This document shows, piece after piece, positions 23,232 through 34,425 of a stretch of 64,000 bases of DNA (position 1 is the first letter of the stretch; each line of letters opens with the position of its first letter). Under the pieces are notes generated by a model, which saw nothing but the letters and a program-made list of their open reading frames with translations, was not told where the DNA came from and ran no database searches. The translations under genes and the position numbers were made by a program. Location: NCBI RefSeq assembly GCF_027921745.1, contig NC_079239.1, positions 1,240,001 to 1,304,000 of the forward strand. The letters are read 5' to 3'. The DNA comes from Schizosaccharomyces osmophilus (lineage: Eukaryota).

Positions 23232-25315
23232 TCATGGGAATTCTTTGTCTTCTGCAATCAATTCTCTGATCCAAGTTAAGTAATCCATTCCCTTGTTATC
23301 TTTCTTCATGTTTGTTTCCAAAAATTTCACAAAATTTGGACGAACTTGACTTTTCATTAAATCATCGACTGTAACATAGGACTTTCCATCAGCAACATCG
23401 CAAAAGGCGTACAAAACTTGACGGGCGCTGTCACGATCTTCTAGTTCCTCCATCACAACTTCTGTGAAACGTTCACATGTTACTCCCTCTTCACCGTTCG
23501 ATGCTCTCTCAAATAAGGCCGTACCTTCTTCCGAGTCATAAACTAAACCCAAAGAAGCCAATGCGGCATAAAATTCCATCTCATTCAACAAATTTGACTT
23601 TTTCTTCTCAAAATGACGGAAGACGGTTGCTATACCATCCAATTCTTGCTTCGAGAGGGTTCGTTTCTCTCTTTCCAAAATTTCGTTCTGTAAGTACTTT
23701 ATTTTATGAGCAATAATTTCAGCTGTGACACCGAACTCATGTTCCAAATCGTCATAGGAAAATAAAGTGTAATCATTTTCTTCAATACCTGCTTCCCTAC
23801 AGTTGTCTGAATGGACCTTCACGCTGGCTAACTCAATTTCCAATGGACCTAAATGTTCTTGTAAAAACTCAACATGGTCTAGTTGATCCCTCCATTCTCC
23901 CTGAAGGTTAGAAATCTCATTTGAAATGGTTGAAAGCATTTTTGAAAAACTGTTTGCGCGTTCTGCGAAAGATATACGCATATTTTCTTTAATCTCTCTC
24001 ATACGGGTATTTATTAACTTAGAGCGATCTGCTTCTTCGGTCAGAAAATCCTTCCATTCACGTTCCAAGTCCACAATTTTCAAGCCAGCAGGAGGCTCAT
24101 ACATTTGAAGTTGGTAGGTTTTTAGACTTGTCTGAATTGTTGCGAGGAGGGATTCAAGGTCAATTTTCTCCTTTACCCATTCTCGTTTTTCAGCTGCCTT
24201 GAAACCAACAAAATCTCGAGAATGAGCTTTAACATCAGAATATGTGTTCTCAAAAGTAGATGCCTTCCAGTATTCACGAACTCGAGAAATGCTCTCTAAA
24301 AGTCGTTTCATACGAGTTTCATAGTCTTCCTGCATCGAGCGCGTTGACATCAAAACTTCCGTAAATCTCTCAACTCTTCTAGCAGCAGTCTCGACCTTAT
24401 CCAGGGTAGAAAAAGCATGAAAGTATTCCGCAATATAAGTCATGATACTGCGTTCATCGGGACGATCGACATCGCAAACATCCTCGACGTCGATTAAACG
24501 AGGGATACCGATATGCTCTTGAGCAATATCAAAAGCAAGCTGCATATTTTTTCGATTGTCTTTTTTGTCTAGTTCGTGATAGTTCAACAGGTCAGGTCGA
24601 TGCTTGTGAATTAAAGCACAGAATGCCAAGCCATTCGTCCAACTTCTTGAGAAATCATGAATTTCCACCTCTGGACGATACTTTGCAGTTTTCCGCTGAC
24701 ACCATAGAAGCAAACCTTCCTTAGCAGTCAAACCTTCTTCATTAATATCAGCAATTGTGAATCTTAAAATCAAAGTCCAAATTAAACCAAGGATTAATTT
24801 GAGGTTTCCATCAACGATGTCTAGAACCAGTTAATTTTCTATTATAGAACAAATAGATAATATCTTTTACTCTTTTGATAATGCCAACTCCCTTCAGTTA
24901 CAGTCCCTTCATGTAAACAAAGTACTAAACTTTTGCAGAACCTTATGGAAAGAAAGCTTTATTACCAAAGTATTCTTAAATTTTCATACCAGCTGGACCA
25001 ATGTTTGTTAAAGGCATCCCTTTACTCTTGATGTACTCCAAAGCCTTATTGACATTTTCGAGTTTGTGCAAACGGAGACGAGGCTTCCGATTGTATTTCC
25101 CTAATTGTTCATCGCCAATGATTTCTAATAGCTGAATTAAGAGTATTCCGTCTGATAAATCTTTCCCCAGGTTTAAAACCGTAGGTAAATCGTGTAATGA
25201 AAGTTTTGTGTTAAACCTATATTTGTTTCGCTTGTTAATCCATATTTTCCTTCGTTCTTACTTACCATTTTGTAAAAGTTCTATTTTGTACGTTCTGCCA
25301 TTGATTTGCTTGCAT
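23232..25315 (-). CDS. ain1: Alpha-actinin Ain1
   Basis: Tandem CH domains (QNRTFTKW, AKEGLLLWCQRKT), spectrin repeats and an EF-like tail; two introns at about 25218-25265 and 24821-24989. Confidence 0.95.
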
Positions 25316-25998
25316 CAAAGGTAACTTCTTCGTGACAACTATGTTTCGGTGGGAGTAAATATTACAAGAAATCAGCTCTATAAGTTAAGGGAGGTTACAA
25401 GCTATACTTGCTTGATGAGCGTTACATTTGAAATTTGTGAAAATACACTTATTGAATTATTATTATTGATCTATGAAGCTTTTCAAGCTTGTGGAAAACA
25501 AGCAGCGTTTATTTCCAGCTCCAAAATTTTAATATGTAAAAATCCTGAATCCTACAGGTTTCTTTTTATTTTCTTACTATTACTATAGTAGTTGATTGAA
25601 CATTCTCTAAAAGTCATAGTTAACAATTTTTTTCAGGCTCTGCCAACCAAAGATACAATAATTGGTTTATTAGCAGAAGGAAATAAATACAAATTATGTG
25701 TCATAAATATCATTTCTATGTGAAATTATTTCATAAAAATTCGTTTTCCATCAAATGAATGCATTTCATTTGGATTGGATACAAGTTACACCCTTGAAAA
25801 CATGCTTTTGTATAGTCGCAATAATGAAATTACCTATAAAACAGCAAGCTTGCTTGTCAACGCATTTCGCCAGTTTACTTTCAGGAGTTTCTGTGAGAAA
25901 AGAAAGGAAAATTCAATTTACCAGTAACCTTTCGAAGTACGAGCATAATCGTTTCATGGGTTAAAGGCCTCAAATTAAATAATGCAAGCACATAAAAA

Positions 25999-26496
25999 TT
26001 AAGGGATTACTAACTTCTGTCCCTCTGGTAATTCAAACTTGGTCTCTGAAGCTGCCCCTTGAAAGTCATCATCGGCGTTCGTAGAGTTAATGCCAAACTT
26101 TATGAACAATCCGGTCCATTTAGCTTCATCATCTTGCTCCTCGTTCATCTGGGCTTTGGCCAATGTCTTAATCCTTTGTCTTAAAGGTACTTTCTCCCAA
26201 GACAAAAAGCAATGTTCGTCGGCAGAAACAGGGACTGACAGGAATGATTCCAATGGAATAGATACGTTTTCTTCTAAAATACGAAGTTCAACTCCATCAG
26301 GCACGTCGATCGGGAGTAAAAGCACGTTTTTCTGAAATGTGAACACTTGAGATGTTCCTTCTTCTGCAAAAAGATCACTTTCTGCCAGATCGCAAACAAA
26401 TGTGTTGTCATCAAACTCTGCGGATATGCTGGAAGCAAATTGTTCGCATATACCCTTCAATTCTTCTTGTTCTACGGGCCTAAAGTTCAAAGACAT
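25999..26496 (-). CDS. Acidic 165-aa protein of unknown function (positional equivalent of SPAC15A10.07)
   Basis: ATG-initiated ORF with protein-like composition between ain1 and nhx1; no domain recognised. Confidence 0.75.
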   Translation of the reverse strand: MSLNFRPVEQEELKGICEQFASSISAEFDDNTFVCDLAESDLFAEEGTSQVFTFQKNVLLLPIDVPDGVELRILEENVSIPLESFLSVPVSADEHCFLSWEKVPLRQRIKTLAKAQMNEEQDDEAKWTGLFIKFGINSTNADDDFQGAASETKFELPEGQKLVIP

Positions 26497-26696
26497 ATTT
26501 TTGGTTGTTGAAGCACTACGCTGTAAAATGTAGCAAATGGTTATAACATTTTTTATATGGCATAGAAATTAGCAAAACAAAAACAGGTAGCAACTCTTTA
26601 ACATTCTTTAGTTATTTACAAAGGACATATACACATAGAACTTATACTCTCAGAATCATTATGGCATTACTATAAAAATGATCGACAATGAGGCTT

Positions 26697-28673
26697 TCAC
26701 TTTCTTGGGCTACTTTTTGAAACGTCCCGTTCCAGTAAAACAGGTTTAATAACCTCTTCATCAAAGCGTGAAAACCATTGGGCTTGATCATCTCTAGATG
26801 CATGGAAAAAATGGTTGAATGCTCCGGCAGCTCTTTGGTATTGCTCAAAAGTATTAGAAATTTTCTTTGAAGGACTAGCCTCAGAGAATACCTCTACATT
26901 CTCATAATCATCTGGCACAATTGGTCGATCAGGGGCAGCAGCTGGAGAATCAAGAGACGCATTGGAAAGCTCCATAGCTCCATTCTCTAAATCATAGTCA
27001 GCCGTAGCCTGCCATGGAAGCATGGAGAATTCGGTATCGCTATCCACATCGGCAGCTACACCAGTTTCGATGTTTAAAATTTCAAGCATACGAGAAGTAG
27101 TTCCACCGAAAATGATAAGTGTCAGTACAACTACAACAAGTGTTGTGGCCTTGAGTGTCTGAGCATTTTCACCTTCGAAACCAGCGGCTAAAGCGACACC
27201 TACGGCACCACGAAGACCAGCCCAGAAAAGCATCATTTGATAACTATATGGGATATGGTCTATGAGAGTTCCGTCCTTTTGGCGATGAAATTTGTTCATT
27301 AGTTTACTCAAAGGAAAAACGTTCATATATCTAGAAGCAGTTACCGCAATCTATACATCATTAGTACATTTCCCGGGTGAGCCATGCCAACAGCTTATAC
27401 ATACCGTGGTAATCAAAATAAATATAGGTTTATAGACTAGATCAACTTGAGTGAATAAGGACATTCCCAAATAAATAAATATAAAGTTCTCAGACAACTG
27501 AGCCAAAACTCGAAACACATATTTCGTGCTCAATTTTGCCTTGTAAGACATATTATAGAAAGCATAATGTTTCAAAGTTATTCCGCAAAACAATAGTGAG
27601 ACAACGCCAGACATGTGACATCCATTGGAAAAAAAATAAGAGGCATATGCCATGAGCAAGATAATGCAAGATTCAATGTGAGGATAACGTCGCAAATAAG
27701 AATATTTCAAAAGTAAAGCAGTCATAAGCCCGACGGAAACGCCAATTAACAGACTTACGAAAAACGTAATTATAAAAATAGTTATACCGTTAAATAGGGT
27801 AAACAAATGAAGTTGTTTTCCTTGAAATTTTTGCAAAGTTTCAAACATAACAATTGCAACTGCGTCATTTAGAATACTCTCACCGAAAATAATGGTGTAA
27901 AGCTTTTGATCCACTCTATAAGAATTGAAAATCGCAAGAACAGTGACGGGATCCGTGGCCGATAAAGTAGCGCCCATGGACAATGCTTCTACAAAGGACA
28001 TGTGGAAGTTTTCAAAGTTTAAAAATGAGAATATGTATACGAGGATTCCCAAAGTAACGGCGGATATAAAAGTACCGGCAAAAGCAAAAGTAAGGATTGT
28101 GCCTATATTTCGAAAGAAATTTGACTGTTCCGAGTTAGCACTTCGTACAATGAATGGATTTAAGTAGCAGCGCATGACTACGAGGAAGAAACATACCTGA
28201 TGCAATTCATACCCCGAATTGAGAATGATAGGCGGAAGTAAGACGTTGAAAAAATACGTAGAGTGAAAAGAAACCATATTTTGAATAATCAATCCTGGAG
28301 AAACCCGAATGATCAGGCCGACAACCATACCGACAAAGACGGAAATGACGGTTTCATGAATGGCTCGAATCTTTTTTGATTGAACATAATAGCTAGTAAG
28401 AAGGGCACCAATCAGGAGAACGAGAAGAATAAACAGAGCCCAACTTGAGTACAGCTCTTGTAAAGCTGGATCTTGATCATCATCCTCATCGCCATCAGCT
28501 CGTCTGATAACTAAAATATGTTAGATTTAGCACGACTTAAAGAATAATTTCCAAGAGTAAAAAAAAGTTATTGACTGCCAAATCGAGGAGTTTAATGATT
28601 AACAAACAGTCAAAGCTTGACTACCAGAACTTCGTGGTTCATACTCACCATTAATTATGGAAGCAGCATCCAT
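26697..28673 (-). CDS. nhx1: Endosomal Na+/H+ antiporter (CPA1 family)
   Basis: FFNVLLPPII, SATDPVTVLA, FGESILNDAVAIV and WAGLRGAV motifs; spliced, with a short first exon starting at ATG 28673. Confidence 0.94.
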
Positions 28674-29337
28674 GAGAGTACAGAAAAGAGTTAGTTTGAA
28701 TGCGATAGCACTTTTTCGTGGACGAATTCAACGGCTGTGAAATCACAGTAGTGAGCGAACAGATTTCCCTCAAGTGTTAATGAAAACGACAGCTTTTAAA
28801 CTTATATAAGCTTTATAGAAAGAGTTACTTTCATCAAAATGCACGAATATGTACAAAATATTGAATGGATTTCTGATAACAATTCTCCGTATAGAAGCTT
28901 CACTGTTCACGAAATATATTTGTTACTTCTACCGTGTTACTTTGTTCCTTGTCTGTAGGCGGTTTATCATTGCCAGATTTTAAAATGTAAAATCCTTGGT
29001 ACCTGGGTTATGCATGGGTTTGAAATCATTACTGCAAGTTTAATTCATTAAGTTTCTTATTCAACAATAGTGACAGATGGTTCTGTAAGTGTGTCTGTAA
29101 TATACTTTTTTGACCAATGTTGTTTGATATGTAGAACACACAGAAAAGTCACTATGGAATGATTCTTATTGTAAGGCTCAGATTGTGTTAAATAGAATTC
29201 ATTTCACTTTGACTTTCTATATGTGCTTTCGCGAGTTGAAATCAAAGCTACCGAAGAGCGAGGTTACTCGAGTATGACAGATTTTCCTGTTCACAAAAAA
29301 TCATGGGAATAAACCCATAACTGACTATATCAAAAAA

Positions 29338-29650
29338 AGAATGTAAGTATTCAGAAGGAATATACGTATATATTTAGGGGATACTTTGTAAGAAGCCAGC
29401 TTCAACACAGTTCGGCAAAGGTATTTAACAACCATGATTTCCAAATGAAAATAAAAAAGGGACCAGTCAATACCGATACCATTGGTTTATTTTTACAACC
29501 CATCAAAAGCAATCATGGCGTTTCTGCGCGTGTTCAACCGTGATGATCATTTAGCGTGATTAGCAAGCCTATAGTAATCAATCACAGTTCAAACACGCAT
29601 AGTTCCTCGGACTGGGGATTTTGAGGCTTAAAAACCAAGCTGTGACCATT
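29338..29650 (-). ncRNA. Unidentified structured-RNA candidate (independent ncRNA or coa2 3' UTR element)
   Basis: Several long helices whose non-Watson-Crick positions are G-U only on the minus strand; the terminal hairpin is followed by ACA+3 nt and a T-run. Confidence 0.45.
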
Positions 29651-29930
29651 TAAAAAGAAACATTATCAAACGGAAAGTGCTAAAAGAAGAGATGGGCGGA
29701 CGTATCTCTTATAGAAGAATCAAAAAATAAGCATTTCTCATTACAGATTCAACAAACAGGTATAAGATTCAGCAGTGTATTACGATCATTTTATAGAAGT
29801 AATAAAAGCCACTGAAACAAACTATAGTCAAAGAATTGCATGCTTTAAAAAGGGAGAGGGGAATTTTTAGGAAACAAAATCCAACAGGAGTTGGCACATG
29901 CGATATTTACAGAACTTTAGTCAAAACGTA

Positions 29931-30188
29931 TTAATGAGACGTAGACGATGGGGTTGTGCTTTGACCTTTCTGCGATTGTTTGTCATCAATAACCACGATG
30001 GAAGAGGACCATTCGGATTTGGTAGGTTCCTCTTGAGCGTTGGGTTGGGAACCTACATAAGGATTCTGCATAGCGGGACAAGGAAGTAAAGAAGGAAGTA
30101 CGACAGTTGCTGTGGCAAAGAGAGCAGTCGTTCCAAATAGCAGGTTTACCAGCGACCGACGCTGGGATGCTCTGAGTGTACGAAACAT
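29931..30188 (-). CDS. coa2: Small mitochondrial cytochrome c oxidase assembly factor Coa2-like
   Basis: 85 aa with a basic presequence-like N-terminus, one TM helix (LFGTTALFATATVVLP) and an LPCPA motif. Confidence 0.78.
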   Translation of the reverse strand: MFRTLRASQRRSLVNLLFGTTALFATATVVLPSLLPCPAMQNPYVGSQPNAQEEPTKSEWSSSIVVIDDKQSQKGQSTTPSSTSH

Positions 30189-30973
30189 AGAGAAGAAGTA
30201 TAAGATGTATTAAAAAAGACAATTCATGTCCAAGAATTGGGTGAAACCCAGAAAAGCAAGAGAAATCGGGGGAAGGCAGACAAATAAGAGACCTTTCCTG
30301 TCTGCCTTTCATAGGAAGAAGGAGAACCAATAAGAGAGGTAGGAATCAGAAAGAACCAAAACCCTGAGGCAGAGCATGTATAGAAATTTATAAAAGTAAT
30401 AAAAAGGTTTATATTGTTTGAAATTTTCTTTTTTTCTCCGCTCACTTTGGCCCTTTATTTCTCAAAATCGGACTTTCTCATTGCAATAATCTTTTCTGCC
30501 CTGTTCAGCCCTTTATAATTATACTTCCATCAAAAACTTCACTATGACACTCTTTAACAGTAATATCCTAAGCAAACTTATGTATAGTAATAATATGACC
30601 TTATGCTAACATATGCGTTTATGCATAAGGTAAAACCTGTATATGCTTTATATATATGCATATTACTATTTGGTGAAAACAAGTCGAACATGAATCTGAT
30701 TTTACAGAAAGTCATAGTTTAATTCTCTATTTTCATCCTTTTCTAATAAATCAAATTATTCGTCTTTCTACTTCAGGAAGTAGATGCCGTGTTGAATGGT
30801 CGTTTGACTCAGCATGAGATCATTGACAGGTATTTCATTCTTTCTCGGTATGACAAAAAGCCCATTTACTTCACTGATATTTTTGTTACATTTTACCCTA
30901 CAGAAGTAATTTAACTCTTTCTGACTCCCAGTGTTAGGCCTATTTCTTCCATACTTATTCATAGTCAAACATA

Positions 30974-31963
30974 ATGTCGGGAAAGCCTGCTATTTCTGTA
31001 AGTGAGACGAAAATCGAAAACATACATTGGTTTATCCTTTCAAAAGGGAGTAAAACGAAAAGCCAACCATATATACAATAATAAACAAAGCAGCGATGTC
31101 ATGCCTTTTGAAACTTCGTACTAATGAAAACTTAGTTGCTCAGTGCGTCCGTTGCTAAAGCCCTTGATGGGGAGCTAATGTCGACTGGAGCCTTTTCGGT
31201 AGATCAGTAAGTCTGGGAGCGTATGAGGGAATACTATATGTAATTACTAACTGCTACTTTTTCTTTAAGGCTTATGGAGTTGGCTGGCTTGTCGGTTTCT
31301 CAAGTTGTATATCGTGAATATCCCCGCTCTAGTCATGTCAAAGTGCTTGTCTGCTGTGGTCCCGGAAACAATGGAGGTGATGGTTTAGTGGCTGCTCGAC
31401 ATCTCTGGCAGTACGGCTATCAACCGACCGTCTACTATCCAAAACCATCATCACCAGACCTGTACAAGAGATTGTGCAAGCAACTTGAAGACCTCGACAT
31501 ACCCATCCATACTACCCACACTTCTGATTCGTTTCATCAACTCCTCAACCAGTCATCTCTGATCGTGGATTCTTTGTTTGGATTCAGCTTTAAGGGCCCA
31601 GTTCGTGAGCCTTTCGGTGAGATTCTCTCTGCCATTGTCGATTCCAAGCTTCATGTTGTTTCTGTCGACGCTCCGTCCTCTTGGGGTAAGTTTCAGTATT
31701 TTGAAAAACCACCAAATGTCCTAACCAATGTAGAAATCGATGAAGGTCCTCAAAAGGAAGGTCCTTTAAAGAATTTCAATCCAAACGTCTTAATTTCTCT
31801 CACAGCCCCCAAGCCCTGTTGCAATTTCTATAAGGGCAAGCATTACCTTGGTGGTAGATTCGTTAGCAAGGCCATCAAGGAAAAATATCACTTGCAATTG
31901 CCTCCTTATCCTGGAATGGACCAGATTGTTAATATCACGGATGAGCCCTTAGCTACTGTATAA
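30974..31963 (+). CDS. mug182: NAD(P)HX epimerase (YjeF-N)
   Basis: QLMELAGLSV, CGPGNNGGDGLVAARHL and IVDSLFGFSF motifs; three introns. Confidence 0.92.
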
Positions 31964-32554
31964 AACGTTTTCCGCTTGGGGTACCCTTGATGTCTCAAAC
32001 TCAGAAAAGTTTCCTTTTTTTTGCGATTTTAAATACATATGACAACCTTTAATTGTAAATTATAATGATTTTGTTTTTACACTAAAAGTTACCTCCTTTA
32101 TAGCTAAAAAGTCTCTGCTTAATAGTAAGACATTTTCTACCATTCATTCAAAACTATCCACCTTTTTTTTTTCACATATTTATATTTTTGAAACCAGTCT
32201 ATAACGAATTTTCAGTTTTTTCTTCAAATCATAATTTATTATCATTGCTGTACCAGAACGTGCAGGCAACCACTACGTGGCCATTTACTGGAAGTTTTGA
32301 AAAAATCTTTTTGGAGCTTCTTTTTACTTATAAATCTCCTTATTTCTCATTTTTTTTTGAGTTGCATTCAAAAAATTTCTGACGAATTTTATTTCTAGAA
32401 GAAATTTTTAATCTTTTTTTCCTGTGCTGACCCATTCACCGCTTTGGCACATCTTGAATCTTAGTAAGCAATAACCGCTACTGAGGTCCTTTTTTAGCTT
32501 TTCTTATTGTATTCTTTCCTTTTCAACATTTCGCAAAAACGTAAAATCGAGAAT

Positions 32555-33946
32555 ATGACTGATCCTTCCAACCGCGAGGAATTGTTCCCTGAAATTGGTA
32601 CAGCTGCCCAGAATGTTTCTGGCACCGACAATGAAAGTACTGGCGTCCAGGAAGTTGAGTCTTTGTGCATGCAATGCCATGAGAATGGTATCACAAGACT
32701 TTTCTTGACAGTCATCCCTTACTTTCGAGAAATCATTTTAACTTCTTTTGAATGCCCTCACTGTGGCTTCAAGAATGCTCAGGTTCAACATGCTGAGGCT
32801 GTTCAAACAGAGGGCTCTAGTTTCACTCTCCAAGTCAGCGAGAAAGATGACCTTAATCGTACTATTGTCAAGAGCAACGAAGCTGTCATCCGTATCCCCG
32901 AGCTTCAATTAGAAATTCCTGGACGCCTTGGCCAATTGACCACGATTGAAGGGGTTTTAAGCAACATTCATGATGACTTGTCTAAAGATCAAGAGGCTCG
33001 TAAAGAATCCATTCCTGAAGTGTATCAGCAAATTTCTCAATTTTTGGAACGCGTTCTTCAATTCCGTAATGGAGAGGCTCCTTTCACATTTATCCTTGAT
33101 GATGTTACTGGTAATAGTTGGGTTGAAATGAGACCCGGTAAAGATGGTAATCGCTGGACTCAAGTTAAGTACAAGCGTACCCTTGAACAAAACCACAAAT
33201 TGGGTCTTGTTAACACAGATGAAGGTCAAAATCCTGAAACTAAGGAAAATACTAATGCACCTGCCACTTTGGCTCACGATGCTACTGCCGTAGAGGTTGA
33301 TCCTAGCGAAGTTCACACCTTCCATTCTACTTGCCCATCTTGCTCCCATCCTTGTGATACACACATGAAGCTTTTAGATATTCCCCATTTCAAGGAAGTA
33401 ATTATCATGTCCACTGTCTGTGACCATTGTGGTTACCGTTCTAACGAAGTTAAAACCGGTGGTGCAATCCCTGATAAGGGTCGCAAGATCACTTTGAAGG
33501 TCATGGACACTGAGGACCTTTCTCGTGATATCCTCAAATCTGAAACTGCTTCCTTGCAAATTGCTGAACTTGGTTTAGACTTGTATCCCGGTACCTTAGG
33601 TGGCCGATTCACTACCCTCGAGGGAATTCTCACTCAAATTTATGATGAGCTTTACGGCCGTGTTTTCTCTCAAGAAAGCGATTCTATGACCCCCGAACAA
33701 ATCGCAACCTGGCAGCAATTCCTTAGCAACTTGACAAATGCTAAAGAAGTTGGTACTCAATTCACCGTTGTTTTGGATGATCCTTTGGCTCAAAGCTATC
33801 TTCAAAACTTCTACGCACCTGATCCTGATCCAAACATGGTAATTGAACAGTACGATCGAAGCTTTGAAATGAATGAAGAGCTTGGTCTTAATGATATGAA
33901 GACTGAAAATTACCAACAGCCTACTGCTGACACAAAAAAGGAATAA
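32555..33946 (+). CDS. zpr1: Zinc-finger eEF1A chaperone Zpr1
   Basis: Two C4 zinc-finger/A-B modules (CMQC..CPHC; CPSC..CDHC); TTIEG/TTLEG motifs; C-terminal LGLNDM. Confidence 0.96.
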   Translation: MTDPSNREELFPEIGTAAQNVSGTDNESTGVQEVESLCMQCHENGITRLFLTVIPYFREIILTSFECPHCGFKNAQVQHAEAVQTEGSSFTLQVSEKDDLNRTIVKSNEAVIRIPELQLEIPGRLGQLTTIEGVLSNIHDDLSKDQEARKESIPEVYQQISQFLERVLQFRNGEAPFTFILDDVTGNSWVEMRPGKDGNRWTQVKYKRTLEQNHKLGLVNTDEGQNPETKENTNAPATLAHDATAVEVDPSEVHTFHSTCPSCSHPCDTHMKLLDIPHFKEVIIMSTVCDHCGYRSNEVKTGGAIPDKGRKITLKVMDTEDLSRDILKSETASLQIAELGLDLYPGTLGGRFTTLEGILTQIYDELYGRVFSQESDSMTPEQIATWQQFLSNLTNAKEVGTQFTVVLDDPLAQSYLQNFYAPDPDPNMVIEQYDRSFEMNEELGLNDMKTENYQQPTADTKKE

Positions 33947-34425
33947 ACGGTTAGCCATGCCAATATTTTAGGCTTTTTGAGTTGTTATAATTACGGGTTT
34001 CGGAATTTCATGCATTTTTTTTCATATATGCTAGATGAACAAAATAGTGCTTTATTATTTTGCCTATTTAGGAGGTATTGTAGCTGCCTTATTTGTAAGT
34101 GTATTCACCGAACGTTTTCAACAAATGATCGCGAACAATCGTAAAGGCGGGCTACAAGCATTTATTCCATTGAAGTCATGGTCTTGTTAACTTTTATTAG
34201 ATTTCAATCCTTATACTTATGGCATTAATTCTTTTATTCCAAACTAGTGATTAACAAAGTATCGCTGGGTTTCATAATTCCATGATTATACGCGATGCGA
34301 TTTAATAGTACTCTCTCTCTGCCATCACTCATTGAAACATAAACAAAACACATTTTCCGTCTTTAGCACATTGTCTCTCTTTTCACATTATTTTTTTGAA
34401 TACAAATCAAAAAGCATTTCGATTG

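Noticed and set aside
29340..29490. snR30/U17 identity for the structured RNA
   Set aside because: ATATTCCT and AAACCA-like words are present but imperfect, and in the wrong order and spacing for the m1/m2 motifs.
34290..34295. MCB-like ACGCGA upstream of rad54
   Set aside because: A single imperfect hexamer, not distinguishable from chance.
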